DNA of 34,256 bases from an uncultured Syntrophomonadaceae bacterium (GCA_964646795.1 CAZYHL010000002.1:1-34256); one strand, 5' to 3'. Positions 1 to 9,068 are shown, counted from the first letter of the stretch. The notes: a model not told the origin generated them from the sequence alone. Program-made: numbers and translations.

Positions 1-199
1 TTTCCCGAGTAAGAGCTTTTCCCAGGGTACTGCCGATAATCCGGGGGAACCTGCTTAACTGCAGGAAGCGCATTCGTAGGGAAAGATAGATGCCTGTCAA
101 TAAAATAAGGGCTGCGAGAGGAACTCCCGCCACGTAGGTATGTAAAACGTCGTTAATAACTTCTATCAAAAAAAGAAAATCCGACAACAGTGTAGCCAA
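1..199 (-). CDS. alanine/glycine:cation symporter (AGCS) family transporter, N-terminal fragment (continues past the left edge)
   Basis: The frame stays open to the window edge. TTG at 199-197 follows the SD GGGGAGGTAAGGA. The translation MATLLSDFLFLIEVINDVLHTYVAGVPLAALILLTGIYLSLRMRFLQLSRFPRIIGSTLGKALTRE has the TM1 plus G.GI.L..R.RF.Q.R pattern typical of AGCS/AlsT N-termini. It is absent from the ORF track because it has no stop in the window. Confidence 0.6.
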   Translation of the reverse strand, partial: MATLLSDFLFLIEVINDVLHTYVAGVPLAALILLTGIYLSLRMRFLQLSRFPRIIGSTLGKALTRE

Positions 200-301
200 A
201 TCCTTACCTCCCCTACAAAAACCTCCTCTATTTATTATGCTGGAAAAAACTAAAAATACCCTGGGTTATAACGGAAAAGGCCACAATATCAGTCCTGCCG
301 C

Positions 302-1306
302 CTAGGAAAAGAATGAAAAAGCATCTCCCACCTGGAAACCGCAGGAAGGACATTGTTTGCCCGCCAGCAGCACCCGCGGAAAACCGTCTTTTCGACTGAC
401 AAGCAGGCGGGAACAGCTTGGACAGAAGGTATCCATACCCTCATGCCCCGGCAAATTACCGATATAAACATAGTTTAAGTGTTTAAGCGCCTGTTCGCGG
501 GCCCGAATCAGAACAGCAGGGGTTGTCGGAGGGATATTCAGACGGTGATTCGGAAAATACCTGGAAAAATGCAGAGGTATATTCCTGTCAAGGCCTCCCA
601 ACCAGCGTGCCAGAGATTCTATCTCCCCGGGCGAATCGTTTTTCCCCGGAATTAGGAGGTACGTTATTTCTACATGGCATTTTTCCGCAGCCCTTTCGAC
701 GGTTTTCAAAACAGGTTTCAGTCTGCCCCTTAAGTTATGACGGTAAAAATCCTCGCTGAATCCTTTGACATCGATGTTCAGCGCGTCGATCAGAGGCAAA
801 AGTTCCGCTAAGGGGGCCGGGTTCAAATAACCGTTGGTCACCATTACATTCTTCAGGCCCAGCTCTTTCACTAAAGGAGCCGCCTCGCTAATATATTCGT
901 ACCACACAGAAGGCTCTCCGTATGTGTAGGCCACCCCTAATTGCTCCTTTAGTTGGGGCTTTTCCCGCAAATGGCGGGCCAGCTCTTGAGGAGTAAGGAA
1001 AGCCGTTCCCTTACCCTCGCTCCGGACCAGCTGCCAGTTCTGGCAAAAGCTGCAGTCCAGATTACACCCAAAGGTCCCAAGAGAAAGAATTTGAGCCCCA
1101 GGATAAAAATGATATAGGGGCTTTTTTTCAATGGGGTCTAAAGCCATGGCGCCCACCCGGCTGTAATTTAAAGAATAAAGCTTGTGCCCTTCAGCTTTCC
1201 TGGCGCGGCATAAGCCGGTCTCCCCCTCCTTCAAGCGGCAAGCCTGGGGACAGAGAAGGCAGCAGGTCTCTTCTCCCTTATTAACATAGTAACGGGCTTC
1301 CTTCAC
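302..1306 (-). CDS. amrS: AmmeMemoRadiSam system radical SAM enzyme (PFL-activase-like)
   Basis: 334-aa ORF with a GTG start after GGAGGAGGGGAGG. It has an N-terminal Cys cluster (CCLLCPQAC..C) and the radical SAM motif CNLDCSFCQN (CxxxCxxC). It lies 27 nt downstream of the AMMECR1-containing gene on the same strand. Confidence 0.85.
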   Translation of the reverse strand: MKEARYYVNKGEETCCLLCPQACRLKEGETGLCRARKAEGHKLYSLNYSRVGAMALDPIEKKPLYHFYPGAQILSLGTFGCNLDCSFCQNWQLVRSEGKGTAFLTPQELARHLREKPQLKEQLGVAYTYGEPSVWYEYISEAAPLVKELGLKNVMVTNGYLNPAPLAELLPLIDALNIDVKGFSEDFYRHNLRGRLKPVLKTVERAAEKCHVEITYLLIPGKNDSPGEIESLARWLGGLDRNIPLHFSRYFPNHRLNIPPTTPAVLIRAREQALKHLNYVYIGNLPGHEGMDTFCPSCSRLLVSRKDGFPRVLLAGKQCPSCGFQVGDAFSFFS

Positions 1307-1333
1307 TGCCTCCCCTCCTCCGGCAAGCCTCCG

Positions 1334-2725
1334 TCAATCATAACGCTTAACCCTGAAGCGGTAAAGCTTGGGATTGTCTTGCGGGGAAATACCCGCTTTC
1401 CTGCAGGCTATCTCCACCTGTTCCCGGGGAGTATCAACTCCCGGCAGGTCAGGCAGGAGAAGTCCCCTCCTGTTATTTAATGCCACTACCACGCCGTATT
1501 CCTGCGGATTTAAATCTTCAAGGCCCGCTGCCGGTTCGGGAGGCATAAGGACATCCACGGAAAAAGTAATATCCGGCAATTCCCGGAGCTTTACCGGCGG
1601 GAAACGGGAATCATAAAGCCCGGCGCTGACAGCATTTTGGATTATTTCCGCCGCTATGCTGGAGGTAGCGGGCTCTATCGTGCCGATACACCCTCTTAGA
1701 GACCCCTCTTTATACAGGGAAACAAACACGCCGGCCGCAGCAGTTTGAAACTCCAGCGGTGTATCCGCAGGAACAGCCGGAGGCCGCTTGTCCTTCAAGT
1801 AGGTTTCCAAAGAACGGCGAGCCAGGGCGGCAGGGAAACTCTTTTCTTTGCTTGCCTTTGCCTCTATATCATCGGCTGTTTGCATGAAAGAGGGAGCTTC
1901 CTCTCCCGAAGGCTCAAATTCAGCCACCAGGTAGCCCACGCCGAAGGGGCCTTCGTAAGAAAGAACCCGGGCTTGAAACTGAAGCCCATCCAGGGCGCCA
2001 AAGGCCATGATTATCGAACGGAAACCGCATTCCGCCGCTTTTTCCAGGTCTCTTTCCTGAAAATTTAGTAGGCCTTCCACGTTACCTGCGGCCAGCATTT
2101 CCTTGAGCTTTCGGTCAAAAACAGGCCCTTCAGGCCGATAACCTGCCGGTGCGCCGGGGATAAGGCAGTGGGAAAGGTCGCCGCTTGCTATAACAACAAT
2201 CTTTCTGCCTGTTTCCTCCGCCGCTTGCCGCAGCATAAAACCCAGGCGATAGAGACGGTCATAGGAGTACAGGCCGTAAGTTATGTTAACGTACATCGCC
2301 TTAACGCCGGCGTCCTTAAGAAAAAGCATGGGAATCAGGGCGCCATGGTCAAGGCGGTACTCTGTTTGATAAAGGCGCGCCGTTTCCCGGTCCATTCTGA
2401 CCACAGTACCTTCTGTTTCGCTCTTAGCGGTAAAAGCCGCTACAAAGGAGGTATCTATTTCAACCTCCACGTCCTCGGCAGGTGCGTTAAACCGGCCCAG
2501 ATCCCCGGAGAGACGCTTCCCGTCAAAAACAGCCACAGCATCCCGGAAAACAGGCCCGTGGGGTGAAATAACTACCACAGTATCGGGTTTAAGCGTCGCA
2601 ATCTTACAGGCAATTGCTTGCATGGCTGCCGCCGTTTTTTTAACCGTTCCTGCCTCCTCCCCTCCTACAGCCGGAATTATCAGGGGAGGATGAGGCACCA
2701 CAGCCATAAAAAGCAGTCCCGGCAT
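1334..2725 (-). CDS. fusion of a Memo/LigB-like (class III extradiol dioxygenase fold) domain with an AMMECR1 domain (AmmeMemoRadiSam B/A-type fusion)
   Basis: 463 aa. The N-terminal ~270 aa show MAVVPHPPLIIP, VVVISPHGP and SGDLSHC, typical of the LigB/Memo fold. The C-terminal ~170 aa show the AMMECR1 signature GVFVSLYKEGSLRGCIGT...DSRFPPV. ATG sits 10 nt after GGAG. Confidence 0.85.
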   Translation of the reverse strand: MPGLLFMAVVPHPPLIIPAVGGEEAGTVKKTAAAMQAIACKIATLKPDTVVVISPHGPVFRDAVAVFDGKRLSGDLGRFNAPAEDVEVEIDTSFVAAFTAKSETEGTVVRMDRETARLYQTEYRLDHGALIPMLFLKDAGVKAMYVNITYGLYSYDRLYRLGFMLRQAAEETGRKIVVIASGDLSHCLIPGAPAGYRPEGPVFDRKLKEMLAAGNVEGLLNFQERDLEKAAECGFRSIIMAFGALDGLQFQARVLSYEGPFGVGYLVAEFEPSGEEAPSFMQTADDIEAKASKEKSFPAALARRSLETYLKDKRPPAVPADTPLEFQTAAAGVFVSLYKEGSLRGCIGTIEPATSSIAAEIIQNAVSAGLYDSRFPPVKLRELPDITFSVDVLMPPEPAAGLEDLNPQEYGVVVALNNRRGLLLPDLPGVDTPREQVEIACRKAGISPQDNPKLYRFRVKRYD

Positions 2726-2802
2726 AAGACCACACTCCTTTTCGTACTATTTTGCTTTCAGGCAAAACTTTCCTGCTTAAATTCCGTTTTTCAAAAAATT
2801 TT

Positions 2803-3036
2803 TTAGAATAAGCCTAAAAGACCGGATAAATATTTTATGGCAGCCCCTATAATCTCCGGCGGCCGCGGCAGCGGAACCCCCGCCACCACCAGAACGGCGT
2901 AAACAGATGAACTAACCCAGAAAAGCAGAAAAAAGGCTAGGTCCCGCCATTTCCTAGAAAAAAACAACGACGGCGCCTGCAGCAGCAAAATCATAACCAT
3001 GATAAAAGAAGTTGCGATTATCAGCACTTGTTTCAC
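2803..3036 (-). CDS. small two-TM membrane protein, distal ORF of the germinant receptor operon (possible D-type subunit)
   Basis: 77-aa ORF (GTG at 3036, or GTG at 3027) lying 32 nt downstream of the gerXC stop on the same strand. It has two clear hydrophobic spans (VLIIATSFIMVMILLL and LAFFLLFWVSSSVYAVLVVAGV). Confidence 0.5.
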   Translation of the reverse strand: MKQVLIIATSFIMVMILLLQAPSLFFSRKWRDLAFFLLFWVSSSVYAVLVVAGVPLPRPPEIIGAAIKYLSGLLGLF

Positions 3037-3068
3037 CCTTTTATGCCGCTAAAATAATCTGCTAAAAA

Positions 3069-4292
3069 CTAACGCAGCTTGAGAGAGTCCTTAATTAACC
3101 CCGAACGGCGTACGTCCGCTTCAACGAGGACTTCTACCTCCAACCGGGGGAAGATTTCTGCCCAGCGGGGCTCCAGCCTTGCCCACTCCCGGGGCAAGGT
3201 ACGGTAGATTAAGTTGCCGAAGCCAAAAACATCGCTCTTGTATTCTTTCTGGGCTTTAGCCAGGGCTGCCTGGACGTCATTCCTGATAGCCTCGGCCAGG
3301 CGCCTGTTCAGGGAATCAATCAGGGACGAATCCAGGCTCAGCCAGTTGTCTTCGGCTATTGCCTCCTGGATACGACCCTCGGCCTCTATCCTAACAATAA
3401 TTTTTCGTGTCTCCCCGCTGACTTGAGCCTTAAGCTTGGTGCCGGCCTTGAAGACTTCCACGGTAACGATTTCTTTTCCCACGGCGGCGGGGACATTCTC
3501 GCTCTCAATTCCCCGTCCTTCGGTAGGGCTTTCGAACACGTAGGTAGTCCGGTATATCTCGTTATTTACCCAGTTACAACCCCGGCTTTCTTTATCATTT
3601 AAATAGCCCTTCATTTTATCTTTGTTAAAAACAGCCAAACCACCCATAAATAAGGGATTTTCAAGCAGGCCGCTGCCGTCCTCCTTCTCCATGACCAAAA
3701 TCCTGGGTAATAAAAGCTCCTGGCCCGGACGGCATAAGACAATAAGAACATCCTTTACCATCACCGGCCGTGTTGTCGCCTTCTCTCTGTATGTAAACCT
3801 CAAAAGGCGCATCATTACCCGCCCGCCCACGTCTTCCATGGGGAATTTGGTCTCTATAAGCTTTTCGATATCTCCTTTAACCACAAAGGGATGGACGATG
3901 ATCCGGATCTGCCGCTCTCTGTCCAGAAAATCCAGCAAAGGGTATATTCCCCGCGAGGCCAATTCTTCGGAAATTAGCAATATTTCCGTATGGGTCATGT
4001 CGATTTTACGGCTGGACTTGGAGGTTAAGTTTCTTATCGCTTCGAAAGGGGTGCGACCCCGGGCTGTGAGAACAAAAAATGATTTTTCACTGCCGCCTCC
4101 CCCGCCGCTTTCAAGGCCTGTCTGCTTCTGGGGATCGGCTATCCTGGCCAGCGCTATGATTTCACCCGTTTCCTTGTCCACGTCAAAACCAAGATGGATG
4201 ATTAAAGCCAGCTCTTCCGGCTCCTGCCTGTTCCAGCAGCCCGCCGTGCAAAACAGGGCAACCAGAAGAAGAGGAAGAAGAAACCGCTTCAT
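3069..4292 (-). CDS. spore germination protein, Ger(x)C-family lipoprotein
   Basis: 407 aa with a signal peptide and lipobox (LLLVALFCTAGC). Length and overall pattern fit C subunits of GerA-type receptors. Its ATG overlaps the upstream stop as ATGA (4289-4292). Confidence 0.9.
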   Translation of the reverse strand: MKRFLLPLLLVALFCTAGCWNRQEPEELALIIHLGFDVDKETGEIIALARIADPQKQTGLESGGGGGSEKSFFVLTARGRTPFEAIRNLTSKSSRKIDMTHTEILLISEELASRGIYPLLDFLDRERQIRIIVHPFVVKGDIEKLIETKFPMEDVGGRVMMRLLRFTYREKATTRPVMVKDVLIVLCRPGQELLLPRILVMEKEDGSGLLENPLFMGGLAVFNKDKMKGYLNDKESRGCNWVNNEIYRTTYVFESPTEGRGIESENVPAAVGKEIVTVEVFKAGTKLKAQVSGETRKIIVRIEAEGRIQEAIAEDNWLSLDSSLIDSLNRRLAEAIRNDVQAALAKAQKEYKSDVFGFGNLIYRTLPREWARLEPRWAEIFPRLEVEVLVEADVRRSGLIKDSLKLR

Positions 4293-5464
4293 TTTTCACT
4301 CCCCCTCTTATTCTGCTTTCTCCTGTCGTCTTCTTGCCCCTCCCTTTGCCGGGGAAGAGGAAGGGTTCCCAGGGCCTTCCTCAAAAAATAAGCCCCCCAG
4401 AGACAGCCATAAGGGAAAAGGATTAAAAAAAACAGGTAGGGGCCGAATATTTCAGGAGCAAAAAAAGAACGGAGCTGGAAGGCATTCTCAAAATTTTGGA
4501 TGGTAATCACTACCCAGAACACACCCATGGGCAGCAGCAGATGGCGGTAATTATCGAGGCGGAAGAGTTGGGCTGCGCCTTGGGCGCCGCAGTAGATGAA
4601 GACGGAAAGGGCGATAAAGATGCCGAAGCCCCAGGCAAAAATAACCAGGATTTCAATGCGCTCCAGGAACTCTCCCAGCGTGACGCTGCGAATAGCTTTA
4701 AAAAAAGGGAAAACGAAGCGGGCCCCTGTTTCCGGACCCAGTACCGCCACCGTGAGCACGGCAGTCAATAATAATATCAGTGCGGCCGCCGACACCCCCG
4801 CCATAACGGTAGCCGTTCCCCGGCGGGGACGAGTCAGGTTAGGAATAAGCATCCCGACCGTGAGGAGATGAGCGGCGATGCCGACAGGAGTGATGCTGCC
4901 CCTTAATATCGGCCCCGCTCCCCGGGCCAGAACAGGCTGCAGGTTGGTAAAATCGGCTTCCAGCGCCAAGGGAACAAAGCTGCCTAACAGCACCAACAAA
5001 AATATAGGGAAAATAAAGTCCGCCACCCGCCCGATCACTTCGATACCGGCATAGGCCGAAACCACTGCCGCCAAAACGATAACGGAAGTTAAAAAAACAA
5101 TAGGGGTTTCCGTCAAGAAGCCATCGATAATCATTTCCACGTAAACACGGGTCTCTATGGAAACCAAATGGAGAAAGGACCAAAGGATAAGCAGGGAGAC
5201 AATGCCCCCCGCCACCTTGCCCAGAAGCTTCCGGCTGATCTCCACTACCGTCTCCCGAGGGAAACGGGCCCCAAGCTCTGTAATAGGAAGAATCAGAATA
5301 ACCGTAACGGCAAGAATTAATAAAACGGAAGCCCAAACGTCCTGGAGAGCATCGGCGGAAACCAAGACGGGAAGGGTGGCTATATCTATAGTGGTGCGCA
5401 TGATAATGACAATAAAAATAAGCTGGCGGTTGGCTAACTTCTCAATCCTCATCTCCTTCCTCAT
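4289..5464 (-). CDS. spore germination protein, B subunit (spore permease, APC superfamily)
   Basis: 391 aa, polytopic (~10 TM), located between the A and C subunit genes and overlapping both neighbours. An alternative ATG at 5452 is possible. Confidence 0.9.
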   Translation of the reverse strand: MRKEMRIEKLANRQLIFIVIIMRTTIDIATLPVLVSADALQDVWASVLLILAVTVILILPITELGARFPRETVVEISRKLLGKVAGGIVSLLILWSFLHLVSIETRVYVEMIIDGFLTETPIVFLTSVIVLAAVVSAYAGIEVIGRVADFIFPIFLLVLLGSFVPLALEADFTNLQPVLARGAGPILRGSITPVGIAAHLLTVGMLIPNLTRPRRGTATVMAGVSAAALILLLTAVLTVAVLGPETGARFVFPFFKAIRSVTLGEFLERIEILVIFAWGFGIFIALSVFIYCGAQGAAQLFRLDNYRHLLLPMGVFWVVITIQNFENAFQLRSFFAPEIFGPYLFFLILFPYGCLWGAYFLRKALGTLPLPRQREGQEDDRRKQNKRGSEK

Positions 5465-7088
5465 CCTCTCTTTCTGCTTCCATTACCCTGAAAAACCGTT
5501 TTCGCTGCTTGGGATCCTGGCGGACAGGTTCCCGGAAACCCAGCAGGCGGGGGCGGTTAATCATGCCCCATTTCCAGGCAACAAAAAGGTTGTCCTTCAT
5601 ATCCTTCCAAATCAAAGGGGCCAGAGGCATAAGATAGGGAACACCGAAGGAGCGCAGGGCGCTGAGGTGCACCAACAGCAGCAGTATGCCGAATTGTACC
5701 CCGAAAAGACCGAAAACCGCACCCAGAGCCGTGAAAGCAAACCGCAGCAAACGGATGGATATGCCCAAAGCAAAATTAGGGATGACAAAGGAGGCGATAG
5801 CCGTGAGAGCCACAATAATGACCACCGGCGGGGAAACAATTCCCGCCCTGATAGCGGCATCACCCAGAACTAAGGCCCCGACGATGCTGACGGCGTTACC
5901 GACGGTCGTCGGCAGGCGCAGCCCCGCTTCCCGCAAGATTTCAAACACACTTTCCATGAGCAGCAACTCTAATATGACCGGAAAAGGCAAACCCTCCCGA
6001 GAAGCGGCTATACGCAGGATAAGAGCGGTGGGCACCAGCTCCTGGTGGAAATTGACGACAGAAACATAAAAGCAAGGCAAGAAAACGGCTATTGCCACCG
6101 CTGTCAGCCTGAGAATACGGATAAAAGTCCCCAAGGGTGTTTTTTCAAAATAGTCGTCGCTGGATTGCATCATGGCAAAGGCAGTAGACGGCGCCAGAAG
6201 AACAAAAGGCGAACCATTGGTCATAATAGCTGCCTGGCCTTCCACCAGGGAAGCCACCACCTTGTCTGGGCGTTCCGTGCGCTGAATCAAGGGAAAAATT
6301 GTGAAGGGCTCATCTTCGATGAATTGTTCGATGTCACCGCTTTCAATAATGGAATCGGTATCAATTTTTTTGAGGCGGGACCGGATTTCCGCAAGAATTC
6401 CTTCTCCCACCAGGCCTTTTATGTAAATCAGGGTTACATGAGTACGGGTCAGGCTGCCTACCTGGAAAGACTCAACCCAGAGCTGGGCGATAGGCAGGCG
6501 ACGGCGCAGCAGGGAGAGGTTATCATGAATGCTTTCATTAAAGCCTTCCCGTGCCCCTCTGATTGAGGTTTCCGCTTCGGGCTCGGTTAAATTTCGGGTC
6601 TTCCAGCCTTTTGTGTCCAATGCCAAGGCTCGGTCGACGCCTTCCATCAAAAACAGGGTATCACCCAGCATCACCATATTCAGCAACTCATCAAGATTCC
6701 CTCCTTCCTTGATTTCAGGGATCAGCAGGATATTGTCCCTGACAAAGGCAAAAAGGCTGCCGCCGTCCTTGGGGACTCCCGGTTTTTTTAGGCTGTACAC
6801 TAAAAGAGAACGGATCGCTTCTTCCTGGGAAGCCGTATTCACCATTCCTTCCATAAACACAATTGCTCCCCTGGTATCCTTGGGTCCGAAGTTAAACTCC
6901 CTTATATTGAGCCCGAAGCTGTTTCCCGTATATTCTTTAATTAAAACAAGATTTTGGGAAAGACTATCGCTTAAGTTTTCCTGTGCCGTCATCTCCCTAA
7001 GTTCGGAAATGTCCGCCAAATCTCCAGCGGTCTTATCCTGCTTTTTTTTACCGAATAAATCTTTGCATTTCTTGATTAACCCCATCAT
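5442..7088 (-). CDS. spore germination protein, GerA-family A subunit
   Basis: 548 aa with an N-terminal soluble domain and a C-terminal TM bundle. It carries the conserved GerA-family segment ...FPLIQRTERPDKVVASLVEGQAAIMTNGSPFVLLAPSTAF... The SD is AGAGGGG. Confidence 0.92.
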   Translation of the reverse strand: MMGLIKKCKDLFGKKKQDKTAGDLADISELREMTAQENLSDSLSQNLVLIKEYTGNSFGLNIREFNFGPKDTRGAIVFMEGMVNTASQEEAIRSLLVYSLKKPGVPKDGGSLFAFVRDNILLIPEIKEGGNLDELLNMVMLGDTLFLMEGVDRALALDTKGWKTRNLTEPEAETSIRGAREGFNESIHDNLSLLRRRLPIAQLWVESFQVGSLTRTHVTLIYIKGLVGEGILAEIRSRLKKIDTDSIIESGDIEQFIEDEPFTIFPLIQRTERPDKVVASLVEGQAAIMTNGSPFVLLAPSTAFAMMQSSDDYFEKTPLGTFIRILRLTAVAIAVFLPCFYVSVVNFHQELVPTALILRIAASREGLPFPVILELLLMESVFEILREAGLRLPTTVGNAVSIVGALVLGDAAIRAGIVSPPVVIIVALTAIASFVIPNFALGISIRLLRFAFTALGAVFGLFGVQFGILLLLVHLSALRSFGVPYLMPLAPLIWKDMKDNLFVAWKWGMINRPRLLGFREPVRQDPKQRKRFFRVMEAEREDEEGDED

Positions 7089-7133
7089 TACCCCTCTAGC
7101 CTATTTAAATAATCCATTAAGGAAACCTATACC

Positions 7134-7163
7134 TAGTTTAACAACCTTAGCGAATCCTATTCA
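7134..7163 (-). promoter_or_regulatory. putative forespore (sigma-G/F-type) promoter of the ger operon
   Basis: Minus strand reads TGAATA (7163-7158), a 17-nt spacer, then TAAACTA (7140-7134). The remembered sigma-G consensus is TGAATA-N17/18-CATACTA. It lies about 45 nt upstream of the gerXA ATG. Confidence 0.3.
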
Positions 7164-7165
7164 CT

Positions 7166-7187
7166 CTTTCAGCCCGCTTTCAGCCCG
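7166..7187. repeat. perfect tandem duplication of an 11-nt unit (CTTTCAGCCCG x2)
   Basis: Read directly: 7166-7176 and 7177-7187 are identical. The repeat sits immediately upstream of the putative -35 element of the ger operon. Confidence 0.9.
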
Positions 7188-7189
7188 GC

Positions 7190-7212
7190 AAAAAACCGCC
7201 GGGTCCGGCGTC
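7190..7212 (-). terminator. putative intrinsic terminator downstream of the ZIP transporter gene
   Basis: The minus-strand RNA reads CGCCG-GACC-CGGCG followed by G and U6. The stem is short (5 bp, all GC). An alternative UCCGGC/GCCGGA pairing exists just upstream. Confidence 0.4.
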
Positions 7213-7284
7213 ATAAAAAGGGAGAAAGGCCGGACTCGGCGGCAGAGGAAATATTATAGGGGAAATACTTCTAAAAAATTATGA

Positions 7285-8031
7285 TTAAAAACCGACAATC
7301 ATGATGCCCAGGAGAGTCCCCACGAGGATGCCGACAATGGGATAATGACCGGAGGCCGCTTCATACGCATCGGGAATTAGTTCATCACAAACTATATATA
7401 GCATGGCTCCGGCAGCGAAAGCAAGGGAGAAGCTCAAGACGGCGAAAGATACCTGGCCGAGGGCCGCCCCCAACAGCCCGCCAAGGCCCATGGGCACACC
7501 AGCCAGACATGAGGCCCACAAGCCCTGTACTTTTTTTCCGGCGGCTTTAAGAGGAACAGCTATGGAAAGTCCCTCCGGAATATTATGTAAACCTATAATA
7601 ACTGCCAGGCCAATACCCAACTCGCTGGAGGCGGCGAAACCGGCACCTATAGCCATGCCTTCCGGCAGATTATGGAGAGCTATCCCGGCGGCTATCAGGT
7701 ATCCCTTCCTGATATGTTTGTCCTCCGCACCTCCATCGGCTCCCGTCACAGGGTGCCAGTGAGGCAAAGAACTGTCAAGCCACAGAAAAGCGGCTATGCC
7801 TGCTGCCAGGCCGCTTAAAGTTGGCCAATACCCTCCGAGAACCAGAGACTCCGCCAGCAGTTCCATGAATACTATTACCAGCATGACTCCGGCGGCAAAG
7901 CCCAGTACCAGGCTGAAAAACCTTTTCCCCAGATGGGGGAAAAAATAGGCGAGGACGCCGCCGCTGCCCGTTCCCAGCACTCCTGCCAGAAAACTTAAAA
8001 GGCCTATAGATAATAAACCCGGTTCATTCAA
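7285..8031 (-). CDS. ZIP family metal (Zn/Fe) transporter
   Basis: 248 aa, polytopic, with the duplicated ZIP signature HNLPEGMAIG / HNIPEGLSIA. TTG start lies 8 nt after GGGAGG. Confidence 0.9.
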   Translation of the reverse strand: MNEPGLLSIGLLSFLAGVLGTGSGGVLAYFFPHLGKRFFSLVLGFAAGVMLVIVFMELLAESLVLGGYWPTLSGLAAGIAAFLWLDSSLPHWHPVTGADGGAEDKHIRKGYLIAAGIALHNLPEGMAIGAGFAASSELGIGLAVIIGLHNIPEGLSIAVPLKAAGKKVQGLWASCLAGVPMGLGGLLGAALGQVSFAVLSFSLAFAAGAMLYIVCDELIPDAYEAASGHYPIVGILVGTLLGIMIVGF

Positions 8032-8175
8032 CTGATTTGCCTCCCTTCGTTGCCTATCTCTAAATATATTTTACCCTAAGCCTTAATACTCCTGCCGCAA
8101 CACTGATTAAATTCCCTTTTACAGGCAGGAAATACACCCCGGGGAAAGAATTATTTATTTGAAGGAGAGAGGATT

Positions 8176-9024
8176 ATGGCAAGGACTTACCGGGTTATTC
8201 TGCCCCTGGCTCACCCCTCCATAGCGTGGGAACTGACCACCTTGGGAGCTGCCGTTGCTTTACATAAAAAAGGCGAAGTGGTTGCCTTAAATATTCTGCC
8301 GCCTGTTCCCCGGGAAGATGGCGCCAACAAGGAAGAGATTGAAGCTCGGATCCGGGACCAAAACAATCTCCTCCAAAAGGCCTGCCGTCATACCCGGAAA
8401 ATGGGCCTAAAAATCCGCCCCGTTACCTTGACTTCCCAAAAAGTGCAAGAAACCATCATTAACGAAGCCAGAGCCAGGCACGCCAGCCTTGTTTTAATGG
8501 AATGGAACGGTCCTTCGCATACACCCGGGGCAATCCTGGGCAATATAATTGATAAAGTAGTGAACAGCTCGCCCAGCGATGTGGCCGTCTTCACCAATAG
8601 AGGTCTCAATGAATACAGAATCCTCCTGCCCACAGCAGGGGGACCCGAAAGCCACCTGGGCGGGCAGATCGCAGCGGCGCTGCAAAACGTCATGTCGGCA
8701 AAGGTAACCCTTTTACATCTGGTCAAAGGACAGGAGGAGATGGCTCAAGGCAAAAAAATCCTGGAAGACTTTGAAAACCGGTTTTCCCTCAAGGCTTACA
8801 AGCTTATCAAAACTCGGGAGGACTTTACGACCGGGATCCTTGAAGAGAGCAAATTCTATGACCTGATTATCCTGGGCGGTTCCCAGGAAGGGCTATTCAA
8901 AAAAATATTTATCAAAACTATTCCCGAAAAAGTTGTCCGCCAGGCTGCTTGTTCTGTGCTCGTAACCCACATGCAAGGACGACTGCCTCTGCTCACTTAC
9001 CTTTTTGGCTACAGAAGAATTTAA
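8176..9024 (+). CDS. universal stress protein family protein (tandem Usp domains)
   Basis: 282 aa with two Usp-like halves ending ...DKVVNSSPSDVAVF and ...EKVVRQAACSVLV. ATG follows GAAGGAGAGAGG. Confidence 0.8.
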   Translation: MARTYRVILPLAHPSIAWELTTLGAAVALHKKGEVVALNILPPVPREDGANKEEIEARIRDQNNLLQKACRHTRKMGLKIRPVTLTSQKVQETIINEARARHASLVLMEWNGPSHTPGAILGNIIDKVVNSSPSDVAVFTNRGLNEYRILLPTAGGPESHLGGQIAAALQNVMSAKVTLLHLVKGQEEMAQGKKILEDFENRFSLKAYKLIKTREDFTTGILEESKFYDLIILGGSQEGLFKKIFIKTIPEKVVRQAACSVLVTHMQGRLPLLTYLFGYRRI

Positions 9025-9068
9025 AGGCCAGCGCCTTACCGGCTGGTAATCTAAGGGAGGTGTTTTTG

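Noticed and set aside
3622-4506. 294-aa plus-strand ORF antisense to gerXC/gerXB
   Set aside because: It lies entirely inside well-supported minus-strand genes. The product is Ser/Arg/Pro-rich and low in complexity, with no SD and no recognisable motif. This is a typical shadow ORF.
5157-7284. Plus-strand ORFs of 238, 127, 173 and 251 aa antisense to gerXB/gerXA, plus the alternative-frame minus ORF 4839..5336
   Set aside because: They are shadow frames of strongly supported ger genes. They have biased composition and no start-site signals.
8090-8130. Inverted repeat TCCTGCC...GGCAGGA and the AT palindrome AAATATATTT upstream of the ZIP gene as a Zur box
   Set aside because: Neither resembles the Zur consensus I recall (AAATCGTAATnATTACGATTT). 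The 7-bp arms with a 27-nt loop and an all-AT palindrome are weak evidence.
8949-9068. N-terminal 40-codon extension of the SDH protease ORF overlapping the Usp gene
   Set aside because: The extension overlaps the Usp coding end and has no SD. The ATG at 9069 follows AAGGGAGG and begins a proper membrane anchor.
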